Assembly (NCBI GenBank): GCA_963758295.1
Contig: CAVWUU010000006.1
Coordinates: forward strand, 32,001 to 96,000
Length of the DNA: 64,000 bases
Direction of reading: 5' to 3'
Source: Candidatus Eremiobacteria bacterium
GTDB lineage: Bacteria > Vulcanimicrobiota > Vulcanimicrobiia > Vulcanimicrobiales > Vulcanimicrobiaceae
Shown here: positions 1 to 11,646 of the stretch, piece by piece
Position numbering within the stretch: the first letter of the stretch is position 1
Layout: the number at the start of each line of letters is the position of its first letter
The notes under the pieces: generated by a model
What the model was told of the DNA's origin: nothing
Database searches by the model: none
Seen by the model: only the letters and a program-made list of their open reading frames with translations
Made by a program: the position numbers and the translations under genes

Positions 1-41
1 GCCGCGGCGCGAGCCTAAACCTTCAATCTCCCCACGAAAGC

Positions 42-75
42 AAGCGGGCCGCACCTAAGCGGCCCGCTTTGCGTT
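42..75 (+). terminator. Probable intrinsic terminator of an upstream gene
   Basis: Perfect 11-bp stem AAGCGGGCCGC-acctaa-GCGGCCCGCTT followed by a T-containing tail. Confidence 0.6.
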
Positions 76-134
76 CCTGGTAAACAACTGAGACTTGAGG
101 AATATTCACAAGGCGCTTGGGTACAACGCGAACG

Positions 135-1199
135 ATGAACAGCAAGATTGCACGCCGTCCGGCGATTGCCGCCATGCTCTCCGCAGCAGTTCTAGGTGCG
201 AACGCCGCATCGATGGTTCCCGCTTCGGCCGCATCGGTTTCCGTCATCGTGAACGGCCAACAAATCACCTTCGACCAGCCGCCGGTGGAACGCGCCGGGC
301 GCGTGTTCGTACCGCTGCGCGGCGTCTTCGAGCATCTCGGTGCCAGCGTCGTATATCAGGCCGGGTTAATTAACGCCACGGGGAACGGGCGGAACATTTC
401 GCTGCACATCGGTTCCCAGCAAGCAACGGTCAACGGACAAACGCAGTCGCTTGACGTCGCGCCGTTCTTGATCGGAGCGCGAACGCTCGTGCCGCTGCGC
501 TTCGTCGCGCAAGCCCTCGGCGCCGCGGTCGACTGGAACAACTCGACTTCGACGGTTACCATTACGGGCGGCGGCTCGAACGGTGCTCCGGCACCGCAAC
601 AAAATCAGTCGTTCTATCTTTCGAACAAGCGTCCGGAATCCGCAGTAAACACCGGCTCCCCGGCAATTCACGCGGAATTCAGCGAACCGGTTCGCCGCAA
701 CACGATGCGCGTCGCGATCGACGGAAACGACGTGACGAACGATGTTTATGCAAACGCGAACGGCTTTGACGTGACGCCTCGCAATCCGTTGAGCCAGGGC
801 ACGCATCACGTAACCGTCACCGGCACGACGCAAGCCGGCTCGTCGTTCAGCACCGGATGGCGTTTCACCGTTGGCTCGTCGTCCTCGTCGTCCAATAACT
901 TCATCGGCCGCATCTCGCCGGCCGCAAATGCGAACGTCGGAGGAAGCTTTACGCTGACCGGCCGTACGATGCCGAATTCGCACGTCCATGTCGTCGCGAG
1001 CGGTCAGGCGAGCGCGTTCGGCGGCTTGCTCCAAGTCGGCACGGGCACGTTCCAGACGGACACGACTGCCGACAACAACGGCAACTTTAGCGTGAATATC
1101 GCGACCAACGCCGCAAACGGCGGACAGTTGCGCGTGCTCGTTCAATCGATCGCCCCGAACGGCTCGTCGGTCGAACGCTCGATCACGTATACCTACTAA
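135..1199 (+). CDS. Secreted copper amine oxidase N-terminal (stalk) domain protein with C-terminal Ig-like domains
   Basis: Signal peptide ending ASA; GRVFVPLRGVFEHLGA and GARTLVPLRFVAQALGAAVDW are the typical paired stalk-domain motifs; ATG at 135 chosen. Confidence 0.85.
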   Translation: MNSKIARRPAIAAMLSAAVLGANAASMVPASAASVSVIVNGQQITFDQPPVERAGRVFVPLRGVFEHLGASVVYQAGLINATGNGRNISLHIGSQQATVNGQTQSLDVAPFLIGARTLVPLRFVAQALGAAVDWNNSTSTVTITGGGSNGAPAPQQNQSFYLSNKRPESAVNTGSPAIHAEFSEPVRRNTMRVAIDGNDVTNDVYANANGFDVTPRNPLSQGTHHVTVTGTTQAGSSFSTGWRFTVGSSSSSSNNFIGRISPAANANVGGSFTLTGRTMPNSHVHVVASGQASAFGGLLQVGTGTFQTDTTADNNGNFSVNIATNAANGGQLRVLVQSIAPNGSSVERSITYTY

Positions 1200-1219
1200 G
1201 GTTTCTCATCCGGCGGGGG

Positions 1220-1253
1220 GAGAAAGCCCCGGCGCTAAAGCCGGGGCTTTCTC
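1220..1253. terminator. Intrinsic terminator hairpin
   Basis: Perfect 14-bp inverted repeat GAGAAAGCCCCGGC-gctaaa-GCCGGGGCTTTCTC just after the stop at 1199. Confidence 0.75.
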
Positions 1254-1276
1254 ATGCTGTTGCGAAATACGGCACG

Positions 1277-1906
1277 ATGCGAATTGACGTCTGGACGGAC
1301 ATCGTCTGTCCGTGGTGCTACATCGGGATAACGCGGTTCGAACGCGCGCTGGAAAGTTTCGGCGGCGCGGTGGACATTCGAATCCATCCTTTCCAGTTGG
1401 ATCCGCAAGCGCCCATTCCCGGAGTTCCCGCGCCTGAGCGATACGCGGAAAAATTCGGCAGTGAGGCGCCGGCGATTCTCGAGCGCGTTACGTCCGAAGC
1501 GGCCAAAGACGGCTTGGAAATGCGCTTCGACAAAGCACTTACGGCGAACACGTTCGACGCTCACCGGGTGTTGTGGTTTGCGCGCGCATCGGGGAAAGAC
1601 CGGGCACTCGAGATGTCGCTTTACCGCGCCTATTTCAGCGAGGGATTGGATGTGAGCGACCGCGCCGTTCTGACGGCGCGCGCAGCGGAATGCGGGCTCG
1701 ATCGTGATGCGGTCGCCGTGTACCTCGAGGGCGACGACGGCGTGGACGAAGTGCGCGGGGAGTTGGTCGACGCTTTCGAACGCGGCATCTCGGGCGTTCC
1801 GGCATTTCTGTTCGAGGAAGAGTTCCTGATTCCGGGGGCGGTCGACATGCCGACCTTCGTACGAATCTTGGAACAGATGCGCGCGATGCACGTCGCCGGG
1901 TCATGA
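1277..1906 (+). CDS. DsbA family oxidoreductase (FrnE-like)
   Basis: N-terminal DIVCPWCYIG motif and C-terminal GISGVPAF cis-Pro loop. Confidence 0.9.
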   Translation: MRIDVWTDIVCPWCYIGITRFERALESFGGAVDIRIHPFQLDPQAPIPGVPAPERYAEKFGSEAPAILERVTSEAAKDGLEMRFDKALTANTFDAHRVLWFARASGKDRALEMSLYRAYFSEGLDVSDRAVLTARAAECGLDRDAVAVYLEGDDGVDEVRGELVDAFERGISGVPAFLFEEEFLIPGAVDMPTFVRILEQMRAMHVAGS

Positions 1907-2661
1907 AGCGCCGCGCATTGATAACCGGAGCTGCGAGCGGTCTCGCGGCGGGCGTAGCCGCGCATCTTGCACGCAATGGCTTCAGCGAAATCGCCATTAC
2001 GTATCGCAGCACGCCACCGGACGAAACGCTGAGGGCAATCGAGAAAGCCGGCGCGCGAGGCGGCGCATCGCCGGTCGATTTTTCGGCTGCTGAGAGCGAA
2101 GTCGCCGAACAACTCGACGATTTGGTGAAAGCACACGGCCCGTTCGACACGTTGGTGCACGCGGTCGGCCCGATCGTCGTAAAGCGCTTCGCGCGATTGA
2201 ACGCAGATGATTACCGCGAAATGTTCGACGGAAACGTTCGCAGCGCGGTGCAAACCGCCAACGCGGTTCTTCCCGGAATGCGCGCCGCGGGATTCGGACG
2301 CATCGTCTTCTTTGGAATGAACGGTTCGTCGGAAACGCGCCCGTACCGCGGCTTTACCCTTTATGGGGCGGCGAAGAGTGCCGTCGTGGCGTTTGCGCGT
2401 TCGCTGGCGATCGAAGAAGCGCGCGACGGTATTACGGTCAATGTGATCGAGCCCGGCGACATTCGCGACAAACGTATCACGCGGTTGGATGCGCGAGAAA
2501 AAGCCGGACCCGCGCCGTGTGGCCGGCCCGGAAGTTATGAGGACATTGCGGACGTCGTGGCGTTTCTCGTCGCGCCCGAGCGCGACTTCGTCACCGGTTC
2601 GGTCATCGCCGTTACCGGGGGGTTGATGGAGGCCGACGAGCGAAACGCGTCCCGTCCATGA
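1903..2661 (+). CDS. SDR family NAD(P)-dependent oxidoreductase
   Basis: TGAASGLA glycine motif, YGAAK catalytic motif, ITVNVIEPG. Confidence 0.9.
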   Translation: MKRRALITGAASGLAAGVAAHLARNGFSEIAITYRSTPPDETLRAIEKAGARGGASPVDFSAAESEVAEQLDDLVKAHGPFDTLVHAVGPIVVKRFARLNADDYREMFDGNVRSAVQTANAVLPGMRAAGFGRIVFFGMNGSSETRPYRGFTLYGAAKSAVVAFARSLAIEEARDGITVNVIEPGDIRDKRITRLDAREKAGPAPCGRPGSYEDIADVVAFLVAPERDFVTGSVIAVTGGLMEADERNASRP

Positions 2662-5219
2662 AATATCGCGACGATTCCGATGGGCACCGAGCTTTCGCGC
2701 TGCCCGGTGCTCGCCTGCAGTACGGCCCGGACAAGCGCGTCGAAGTGCAGCACATCGACTTGCGCCTCGAGCCGCATCTCGCGGCACGTGCCTTGGATGG
2801 CGTTTGCACCACTACCGTGCGCGCTCTCGATGAACCCGTCGACCGGCTGAGGCTTAACGCCGTCGACCTTCAGATTTCATCGGCTGAACGCGACGGCAAA
2901 GCTCTGGAATTCGAACGCCGGAACGGCACTGTTTCGGTCGTGTTCGACCCTCCGCTCGACCCCGGCGAAAGCACGTCGTTTGCGCTGACGTATCGCGTAG
3001 AGAATCCGCGTCATGGGTTGTTTTTCATTGAGCCGACTGCGCAGTACCCCGACAAGCTTGCGCATGCGTGGACGCAAAGCCAAGACGAAAATGCGCGCTT
3101 CTGGTTTCCGTGTCTTGACTACCCGCATTCGAAGCAGACGACATCCGCAACGATCGTCGTTCCGAAGGGGCACTTCGCGCTTTCGAATGGAGCGCTTGTG
3201 GAGCGCAAAGATGACGGCGACAAAACGATCTTTACGTATCGCCAAGACGTTCCGCACAGTACGTACCTGATGACCCTGGTTGCCGGACCATTTGTGGAAG
3301 TCGACCAAGGGACGGCCGGCGAGCGCAAGATTCCCGTGTCGTACTACGTGTTGCCCGGACGCGAAGACGACGGCGATCGTGCCTTTCACAACACGCCACG
3401 AATGGTCGACGTTTTTGAGCAGCGCACCGGCACTGCGTATCCGTATGCGCGCTACTCGCAGATTGCCGTCTCCGATTTCATTTTCGGCGGTATGGAAAAC
3501 ACGTCGGCGACGACGCAGACCGACCGGACGCTGCACGACGAAACCGCGCATCTCGACTTCTCGAGCGATCCGCTCGTTTCGCACGAACTCGCGCATCAGT
3601 GGTTCGGCGATCTCCTCACGTGCCGTGACTGGTCGCATGCCTGGCTGAACGAAGGCTTTGCGACGTATTTCGAGTGCGTCTGGCGCGAAGCAGACCTCGG
3701 CTATGACGAATACCTCTACGACGTGTTCGGCTGTGTTTCGCGTTACATCGATGAGGACAGTCACCGCTATCGCCGACCGATCGTCTGCAACCGCTTCCGC
3801 GATCCGATCGAGCTTTTCGACCGGCACCTTTACGAAAAAGGCGGCGCGGTGCTGCACATGCTTCGCGGTGAATTGGGCGACGCGCGTTTCTGGCGGTCGA
3901 TTCGTGCCTACGTCGCTGAAAACGCGAAACGGAACGTCGAAACGATCGACTTTATCCGCGCGATCGAAGATGCAACCGGACGCAACGTGCGCGGCTTCTT
4001 CGATCAGTGGGTTTTTCGCGGCGGTCATCCGGAGCTCGAAGTAAATGTCGCGTGGGACGGCGAGCGAAAAGCGGCTACCGTGACGATCGATCAAAAACAA
4101 AAAGTCGACGAAGAGAATCCCGCATACAAGTTCGATCTTGTGTTGGGTTTCTGCGCAGCCGTCGCGGAGAAACCTGCGAACAATGCCGGGAGCGGTTTGC
4201 TTGAAGGCGAGCGGCGCGTTCGCATTACGATCGAAGGCCAGCACGAGACCATCACGATTCCGCTGGATGCGGAGCCGAAGCTCGTACGCATCGATCCGGG
4301 CGCTTTCGTGCTCGGCAGCGTCAAATACGTCACGGCGGTCGATTTCAATGTCGCTACGCTTCAGGGCGACGCCGACGTCGTCGCGCGTATTCGTGCGGCC
4401 CGAGCGCTTGCGAAAGACGGTTCCCAACCGGCGAGAGAGGCTTTGAAGAAGGCCTTTACCGCCGATCCGTTCTGGGGCGTCTTGGAAGAAGCCGCGGGCG
4501 CGCTCGGCGGCACGAAGGCGCCGTGGGCTCGCGAGATCTTGCTTGAAGCGTTGAGCCACGAGCATCCCAAAGTGCGCCGCGGCGTAGCGGCTGCGCTCGG
4601 TAACTTCCGCGATGCATCGGTTGCCGAAGCTTTGATCGCGCCGGCGACCAACGATGCTTCATACTTCGTGCGCGCTGCTGCGTTATCGTCGCTCGGAAAG
4701 ACGCGCGATGCGCGCGCCTTCAAGGTGCTTTCGCACGCGGTACAGGAGTCGTCGTGGAACGGCATCGTCGCGGCGGGCGCCGCGCGCGGCCTTGCGGAAC
4801 TTGCGGACGAGCGTGCCGTGCCGGCGATCGTAGAAGCGACGAAGCTTGGACGCGATGAGGGTTTACGCCGTTCGGCCGTCGCTGCGCTGGGACGAGCCGG
4901 CGAACTTATAACCGAAGCTCGAACGCAAGTCGTCGACGTTTTGAATGGCTTGGTGGACGACCCGATGTTCCTTGTGCAACTCGCTGCCATAGCAGCGGCG
5001 GAAGCGCTGGAAGATCCGCGTCTGCTTTCTTCGCTAGACCGCCTCAGTGCGAGCGCCTTCGACGGACGAGTACGCCGCGACGCTATGGAAGCGGCCGTGC
5101 GCATTCGTGAAGCGCAAAAAGTTCCATCTCAAGTCAGCGCCATGCGCACGGATATCGATTTACTACGTGAAGAACAGCGTAAGCTCCAGGAGAAGATCGA
5201 AGCGCTCTCGCGGGCGTAA
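2658..5219 (+). CDS. pepN: M1 family aminopeptidase N with C-terminal HEAT repeats
   Basis: GGMEN exopeptidase motif, HELAHQWFG...WLNEGFA zinc motif, YEKG; HEAT-like repeats and coiled-coil tail. Confidence 0.92.
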   Translation: MKYRDDSDGHRAFALPGARLQYGPDKRVEVQHIDLRLEPHLAARALDGVCTTTVRALDEPVDRLRLNAVDLQISSAERDGKALEFERRNGTVSVVFDPPLDPGESTSFALTYRVENPRHGLFFIEPTAQYPDKLAHAWTQSQDENARFWFPCLDYPHSKQTTSATIVVPKGHFALSNGALVERKDDGDKTIFTYRQDVPHSTYLMTLVAGPFVEVDQGTAGERKIPVSYYVLPGREDDGDRAFHNTPRMVDVFEQRTGTAYPYARYSQIAVSDFIFGGMENTSATTQTDRTLHDETAHLDFSSDPLVSHELAHQWFGDLLTCRDWSHAWLNEGFATYFECVWREADLGYDEYLYDVFGCVSRYIDEDSHRYRRPIVCNRFRDPIELFDRHLYEKGGAVLHMLRGELGDARFWRSIRAYVAENAKRNVETIDFIRAIEDATGRNVRGFFDQWVFRGGHPELEVNVAWDGERKAATVTIDQKQKVDEENPAYKFDLVLGFCAAVAEKPANNAGSGLLEGERRVRITIEGQHETITIPLDAEPKLVRIDPGAFVLGSVKYVTAVDFNVATLQGDADVVARIRAARALAKDGSQPAREALKKAFTADPFWGVLEEAAGALGGTKAPWAREILLEALSHEHPKVRRGVAAALGNFRDASVAEALIAPATNDASYFVRAAALSSLGKTRDARAFKVLSHAVQESSWNGIVAAGAARGLAELADERAVPAIVEATKLGRDEGLRRSAVAALGRAGELITEARTQVVDVLNGLVDDPMFLVQLAAIAAAEALEDPRLLSSLDRLSASAFDGRVRRDAMEAAVRIREAQKVPSQVSAMRTDIDLLREEQRKLQEKIEALSRA

Positions 5220-6702
5220 GCGCGGGTTCTTTGCAGTCCTTACGATCCTCGCCGTCATCATCGGCGGCATTTGGATCGCGCGGGGATTGCATCGAAACGC
5301 TCCGCACACCGCCATTGCGAACGCCGCCCCTGTCCCAACCCCGCATCCGGCACCGCCCGCCGCGCCGTGGAGCCCGTCTCAACAAGCGCAACTGCGTTCC
5401 CAATTGCGCGAAGCTTTCGGTCCGGCGATCGACGGCATAGATTCGTACAGCCTCGTAGTCATCGATGCGACGGGGCGCGTTTTGTACGACGCCCGTTCGT
5501 CGCACGCAGTGACCCCCGCCTCGGTGCAGAAGCTCGTCGTTGCCGATGCCGCCTTGAATTTGCTCGGACCGTCGTTTCGCTTTCACACGATCGCGGCGGC
5601 GCAGCGTTCCATCGACTCGAGCGGCACGCTCGACGGAAACTTATGGATCGTGGGATCGGGCGATCCGTCGTTACGCAGCGACGATCTTCGGGAAGGCGTC
5701 GCGACGCTGAAGCGTTTGGGCTTGAAGGGCCTCACCGGGCGCGTCGCCGTCGATCCGTCCGCAATGCGCGGTCCCGAAATCAATCCCCATTGGAGCGCGG
5801 ATGATGCCAATGAAGATTTTCAGACCGCAACGAGCGCGATTTCGCTTGACGGCGACACCGCGGAGTTTCGTGTATTCGGCGGTGCGCCGGGCGAATCTGC
5901 ACGCATTAATATCGTTCCGAAGAGCGGAGTGATTCATACATCCGGTTCGGTCACGACGAGCAGTTCGGACAACGTCATCATCGCTGCCATGGAGACGCCG
6001 AACACGTTCCGGTACGGCGGCACCATTCCGGCGTATACGGAAGAGAAGTTCTGGCTCCCGGTTCACGATATTCCTGACTACGTCGGTTCCGTGGTCGACC
6101 GTATGCTTCGCGATGCGGCGGTGACGCCGTCGGCGCCGCCCACCGTCGAATCGGCTCCGCTCGACACGATCGTGCTTTGGGATCATCGTTCGGCTCCTCT
6201 TACCGTGATCGAGAAGCACATGCTATACGTGTCGGACAACCACTACGCCGAACAGTTATTGCGTTCTGTGGGCGGCGACGCCGGCGCGCGCGCCGACGAC
6301 ACCGACGGCATCACCGCCGAAATGCAATTCCTTCACTCGCGTTCCATTCCGACACCCGGCATGCGACTCTTCGACGGAAGCGGCCTCGCCGAAGCAAATC
6401 GCATTGCCGCGATCACGCTTGCTCGCATTTTGAGCGACGCGGAGCTGCGGGACGGCGGTATGGAACTCGAACCGTTGCTTCCGCAGGGCGGTAAGGACGG
6501 CACGCTCAAACACTACGACTTCACGACGGCGATTGGACGGGTGCGCGCGAAAACGGGACATTTGAGTGACGCTGCTTCACTTGCCGGGTACGTCGATACG
6601 AGACACCACGGCAGGCTGGCATTCGCCTTCATGATCAACGGGTCGCCCGGCGATCCCGATGCAGCCTACGTTCGCGCCGTCGACCGCCTCGCCGGCTTTT
6701 AA
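5167..6702 (+). CDS. dacB: D-alanyl-D-alanine carboxypeptidase/endopeptidase (PBP4, S13 family)
   Basis: PASVQK (SxxK), SDN (SxN), KTG, GSGDP and DGSGL motifs; N-terminal TM helix; start uncertain (GTG at 5167 overlaps pepN end). Confidence 0.88.
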   Translation: MKNSVSSRRRSKRSRGRKRGFFAVLTILAVIIGGIWIARGLHRNAPHTAIANAAPVPTPHPAPPAAPWSPSQQAQLRSQLREAFGPAIDGIDSYSLVVIDATGRVLYDARSSHAVTPASVQKLVVADAALNLLGPSFRFHTIAAAQRSIDSSGTLDGNLWIVGSGDPSLRSDDLREGVATLKRLGLKGLTGRVAVDPSAMRGPEINPHWSADDANEDFQTATSAISLDGDTAEFRVFGGAPGESARINIVPKSGVIHTSGSVTTSSSDNVIIAAMETPNTFRYGGTIPAYTEEKFWLPVHDIPDYVGSVVDRMLRDAAVTPSAPPTVESAPLDTIVLWDHRSAPLTVIEKHMLYVSDNHYAEQLLRSVGGDAGARADDTDGITAEMQFLHSRSIPTPGMRLFDGSGLAEANRIAAITLARILSDAELRDGGMELEPLLPQGGKDGTLKHYDFTTAIGRVRAKTGHLSDAASLAGYVDTRHHGRLAFAFMINGSPGDPDAAYVRAVDRLAGF

Positions 6703-6709
6703 GGATGGA

Positions 6710-8111
6710 ATGTTAGAAACCGCAACTCTCGATAAACTGCTGGCACGTGCGTTGCGGCACGGCGGCGACTATGCCGACATCTTCTGCGAGCGGCGCCGCA
6801 GCTACGCGTTTCGACTGCAGGACGGACACATCCACGAAGGCCAGTCCGCGATTACGCAAGGCGTCGGCATTCGGGTAGTGATCGGAGAAACGGCGGGATA
6901 CGCCTATTCGGACGATCTGTCATTAGAGGCTTTGCTTCGCGCGGCTGAAGCGGCGTCGCTGGTCGCGCGCACGCTGCCGGCCGGCGATGAACGGCGTATC
7001 GACCTCACCGCCCTCTCCGTGCCGCCGCTCTACGACCAAAACCGAAACTCGCACGCGGATGCGTCGCGCTACGTCGCGCTCCTCGAAACCGCCGATGCCA
7101 CCGCCCGAAAATTCGACTCGCGAATCGTCGCCGTGAACGCACACGTGACGGATGAATTGCAAGACGTGTGGATCGCGACGAGTGAAGGTCGCTACGTTCA
7201 CGATCACCGGCCGATGGTGACGCTCGGCGTGCAGGCCGTTGCAAGCCGCGACGGGGAACGCGGCATCGGGTTACGTCGGCGACGGCGGACGTACGTCGAT
7301 CGCGTATTTCGACGGCGGCGTTCCCGAAGCGCTGGCCAACGATGCGGCGCGTATCGCGACCACAAATCTGGAAGCTGTCCCCGCGCCGGCCGGCGAGATG
7401 GAAATGGTCGTCGGTTCGGGCGGCGGCGGCGTGTTGCTCCACGAAGCGGTGGGCCACGGACTCGAAAGCGATTTTAACCGCCGCGGCACGTCGCTCTATA
7501 GCGGCCGCGTAGGTGAACAGCGTTGCAAGCGAGCTCGTGACGATTTACGACGACGGCAATCTACCCGAAGAACGCGGAAGCATCACCGTGGACGATGAAG
7601 GCGTTCCGGGTCAGCACAAGGTGCTCGTCGAGAACGGCATGCTTCGCGGGTACATGCAAGACACGCTGAACGCGCGCTTGATGGGCGCGCAGCCAACGGG
7701 CAGCGGCCGCCGCCAGTCGTTCCGGTTTCTGCCGCAGCCGCGGATGTGCAACACGTACATGCCGAACGGCGAATCAACCGTCGACGAAATCATCGCGATC
7801 GACGAAACGCGGCATCTACGCAAAATCGTTTCGCCGGCGGCCAAGTGGAAATCAGCAAAGGCGACTTCGTCTTCATGGTCGCCGAAGGCTATCTGATCGA
7901 GAACGGCAAGATCACGACGCCCGTGAAAAACGCGACGATCGTCGGCAACGGTCCCGATGCGATGACGAAGGTGATTGCCGTCGGTAACGATAGCCGCCTT
8001 GCGCGCCGTCATTACACGTGCGGCAAGGGCGGACAACACGTCCCGGTGGGCGTCGGCATGCCGACCGTGAAAATTTCGTCGATTACGGTTGGAGGCACCC
8101 ACAATGGATGA
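6710..8111 (+). CDS. tldD: Metalloprotease TldD (split over four ORFs by apparent +1 insertions)
   Basis: [30 protein letters not shown] (HExxGH), [20 protein letters not shown]; apparent frameshifts near 7265, 7520, 7798, 7830. Confidence 0.88.
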
Positions 8112-9446
8112 GCGCGAGGCGCTCGACGCGGCGCGGCAAGCGGTAGAGACCGCGACGCGTCATGGAGCCGACGCGGCGGAGGCAACGGTTGGCGTCACGC
8201 GCCGCTTCCACGTGGAAGCGCGCGAAAAGACGATTTCCAAGCTCGAACAGTCGACCGGAAAAACGTTGCAGGTTCGAATTTTTTCCGGCGGCCGCAAAGT
8301 CGTCGCTGTCGACGTCGGATTTTTCAGCTTCGAGGCATCGATGCGGCGATCGCTGCAGCACTCGAACAATCGAAGTTCGTTGCAGTCGGATCAATTCTCC
8401 GGATTGCCCGACGAATGCGGACGCTTCGACGGGCGATCTCTCGCTCTACGATTCGCAGCGTTGCGCAACGTGACGACTCCGCGAAGGTCGACGACGCGCT
8501 CGCTTTGGAAGCGATGATTCGCGACGCGCGACGCGCGCATCGTCAATTCCAGCGGATCGAACTACGCCGATGCGGTTTCGATCGTAGCGCTTGCAAATTC
8601 GGCGGGATTCGGCGGAAGCATACACGTCCACGCGCGCCAGCCGTTCGACGTCGCCGGTTGCGGAAGAAGGGCAAATCAAACGCACCGCCCACTACGGCAC
8701 GGCGCGCGCCGGTTCGCAAAGGATTTGGAAGAGTCTGCAGCCGTTGCTCGCATGGCGGCTAAGCGCACCGTGGAAATGTTCGGCGCGCGCAAACCGCCCA
8801 CGAGCGAAACTGCCCGTAATCTTCGAACGCGACATAGCCGCTGCAGTTTTGGACGATCTCTTCTCCGCGATTAGTGCCGCGAACGTGAGCGTCGGAAATT
8901 CTTGGCTTGCGGAGCGCGTCGGAGAGCGCGTCGGCAGCGATCTCGTCACGATCGTCGACGACGGCACGCTACCGGGGCGTCTGGGAAGCTCGCCCTTCGA
9001 CGGCGAGGGCGTTGCGACGCGAACGACCACGGTGTTCGACCGCGGCGTGTTACGCACGTTTCTCTACGATACGTACTACGCGCGCAAGCTCGGTGCCCAA
9101 ACTACCGGGAACTCCACCGGCGGCGGGATCGGCGCCAACAACTTTTACCTGCAACCGGGAACGCAATCGCTCGAGGAACTGATAGCGTCGACGCCGCGCG
9201 GCGTGCTCGTACTGGACACGATCGGCTTTGCAACCGAGCACGCGAGCGGAACGTATAGCCGCGGCGCGCGCGGCTTCCTCATCGAAAACGGCGAGCTGAG
9301 CTATCCGATCGACGAATTCACCATCGCCGGAAGTTTCCCGGCGATGCTTGCCGCGATCGACGCGGTTGCAAACGATTTGCGGTTCGACGGATCGGTCGTA
9401 TCGCCGTCGTTCCGCGTCGCGCGAAATGACGATCAGCGGAAATTAG
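8104..9446 (+). CDS. pmbA: TldE/PmbA family protein (multiple apparent frameshifts)
   Basis: Follows tldD; SSPFDGEG, YSRGARGFLIENGELSYPIDEFTIAG and MTISG-type C-terminus distributed over several frames. Confidence 0.85.
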
Positions 9447-9463
9447 CTCATAAGGAGGCCTGC

Positions 9464-10914
9464 ATGCCGCAAGTAGCCATTAGCTTTACTCTGATCATGC
9501 GCATCGAAATGCCGAACGAAACCGGCGCGTTCGGCGTTCTGGCAAACGCCATAGGCGATGCCGGCGGCCAAATTGCGGCAGTCGACATGCGTTCGGTTAT
9601 CGCGACGCACGAGTCGTGCGCGACGTAACGATCAACGTGAGTTCCGACGTGATCGGCAACGAAGTGCGCCGCGCCGTCGAAGCGCTCGACGGCGTTGCGC
9701 ATCGTCTCGGTCTCGGATTCCACGTTTCTCGCGCATCTCGGCGGCAAGATCCGCGTGGAACCGAAGATTCCGGTGAAGACGCGCGCAGGATCTTTCGACG
9801 GTTTACACGCCGGGCGTGGCGCGCGTTTCGATGGCGATTGCCGCGGACCCATCTAAAGCGTTTCAACTTTCCATCAAGCGCAACACCGTTGCCGTCGTCA
9901 CCGACGGGACCGCCGTGCTCGGGCTTGGCGACATCGGCCCGCTCGGCGCGCTGCCGGTGATGGAAGGCAAGGCGATGCTTTTCAAACAGTTCGCCGACAT
10001 CGACGCCTTTCCGATTTGTCTCGATACCAAAGACGTCGACGAAATCGTCGAAACCGTCGTGCGCATCGCCCCGGTTTTCGGCGGCATCAATCTGGAGGAC
10101 ATCTGCAGCTCCGCGTTGTTTCGAAGTCGAGCAGCGGCTTAATCGAACGCCTGGACATTCCGGTGATGCACGACGATCAGCACGGCACGGCGGTCGTTAT
10201 TCTCGCCGCACTGATCAATGCGGCAAAAGTCGTCGGCAAAGAACTCTGCGGATTTGCAGGTCGTCGTGTCGGGAAGCGGTGCCGCAGGAACGGCGACGAT
10301 CAAGATGCTGCTCGAAGCGGGCGTTCGCGACGTGATTCCCGTCGACCGCAGCGGCGCGCTCAATCGCGACGACCGCTACGAGAACTCCCATTGGCGCTGG
10401 CTTGCCGAACATACAAACAAGGAAAACCGGCGCGGGACGCTCGCCGAAGTGCTTGCCGGCGCCGACGTTTTCATCGGCGTCTCGGCGCCCGGGATTCTGC
10501 AGCCGGAGCACATCGCGTCGATGGCGCGCGACCCGATCATCTTTGCAATGGCCAATCCGACGCCGGAAATCATGCCGGACGTCGCGGCCCCCGTCGCCGC
10601 GGTCGTGGCCACGGGCCGTTCGGACTTTCCCAATCAGGTGAACAATCTGCTGGCATTTCCGGGGATTTTCCGCGGAGCGCTCGACGTCCGTGCCCGTCGC
10701 ATCACCGACGAGGATGAAGCTGGCGGCGGCCTTCGCCATCGCGTCGATCGTGACCGACGACGAGCGCAGCGCGGAATACATCATTCCGAGCGTTTTCGAC
10801 CCTCGCGTCGTGGACGCGGTAGCCAAGGCGGTCGCCACTGCGGCCGTCGACGAAGGCGTCGCACGCCGTACCTTGGTAAAGAACGAGGAAGAAGAAATCG
10901 AAATACCAGTATAG
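9464..10914 (+). CDS. NAD-dependent malic enzyme with N-terminal ACT-like domain (multiple apparent frameshifts)
   Basis: [63 protein letters not shown] motifs in successive frames. Confidence 0.88.
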
Positions 10915-10946
10915 GGACTCACCACGCCTAGAGGGAGCTTGAACGG

Positions 10947-11646
10947 ATGGCCTTTAGCACGCATCCTGGTCATCGAGGACGACGAGGACGTCGCTCGACT
11001 GGAACAAACCGTCCTCGAGCGAGCTGGGTACGAAATTCGCGTTACCGGAAGCGGTGCCGAGGGGTTGGAACTGGCCGACACTTATAAGCCCGACGTCGTC
11101 ATTCTCGACGTCGGGCTTCCCGGATATTTCCGGCCTCGACGTTTGCACGTCGCTCTCGAACTCGAACAACGCGTTCATCCTGATGGTCAGCGGCCATTCG
11201 CGCGAGCAAGACATTTTGCTCGGGCTTGGGCCTCGGTGCCGACGATTACATCACCAAGCCGTTTTCCGGCAACGAACTCGTCGCGCGCGTCGCGTCGTTT
11301 TTGCGCCGCCGCGAGAAGTTCGTGCAGAAGCGCGAAGGTCCGAACGTCCTGCAGATCGGCAGCGCGACAGCTCGATCGCGATTTCCATACGCGTTTCGAA
11401 CAACGGCGATAGCGTCTCGCTTACGGCGCTCGAGTTTCGCCTGTTGTGGTTTCTTGGCCGAAGCCGAAGGGCCGTCTGCTGACGCGCGCGCAGATACTCG
11501 AACACGTCTGGAACGACACCTCGGGCGTGCCGACGCGCGTGGTCGACGTGCACGTCGCCGCGTTGCGCAAGAAGCTCATCGAGGTCGACGCGCCGCTCGA
11601 AATCTCGAGCGTCCGCGGCATCGGCTATCGACTCGACAAAAGGTAG
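10947..11646 (+). CDS. OmpR/PhoB family response regulator (apparent frameshifts)
   Basis: RILVIEDD, ILDVGLP, GADDYITKPF, LTALEFRLL, RVVDVHVAALRKKL, VRGIGYRL; no cognate kinase in the window. Confidence 0.85.

Noticed and set aside
2877..4565. Long antisense ORFs (e.g. 2877-4565, 23861-25210, 37503-38417, 39886-40830)
   Set aside because: These are shadows of high-GC coding genes on the opposite strand and have no recognisable motifs.
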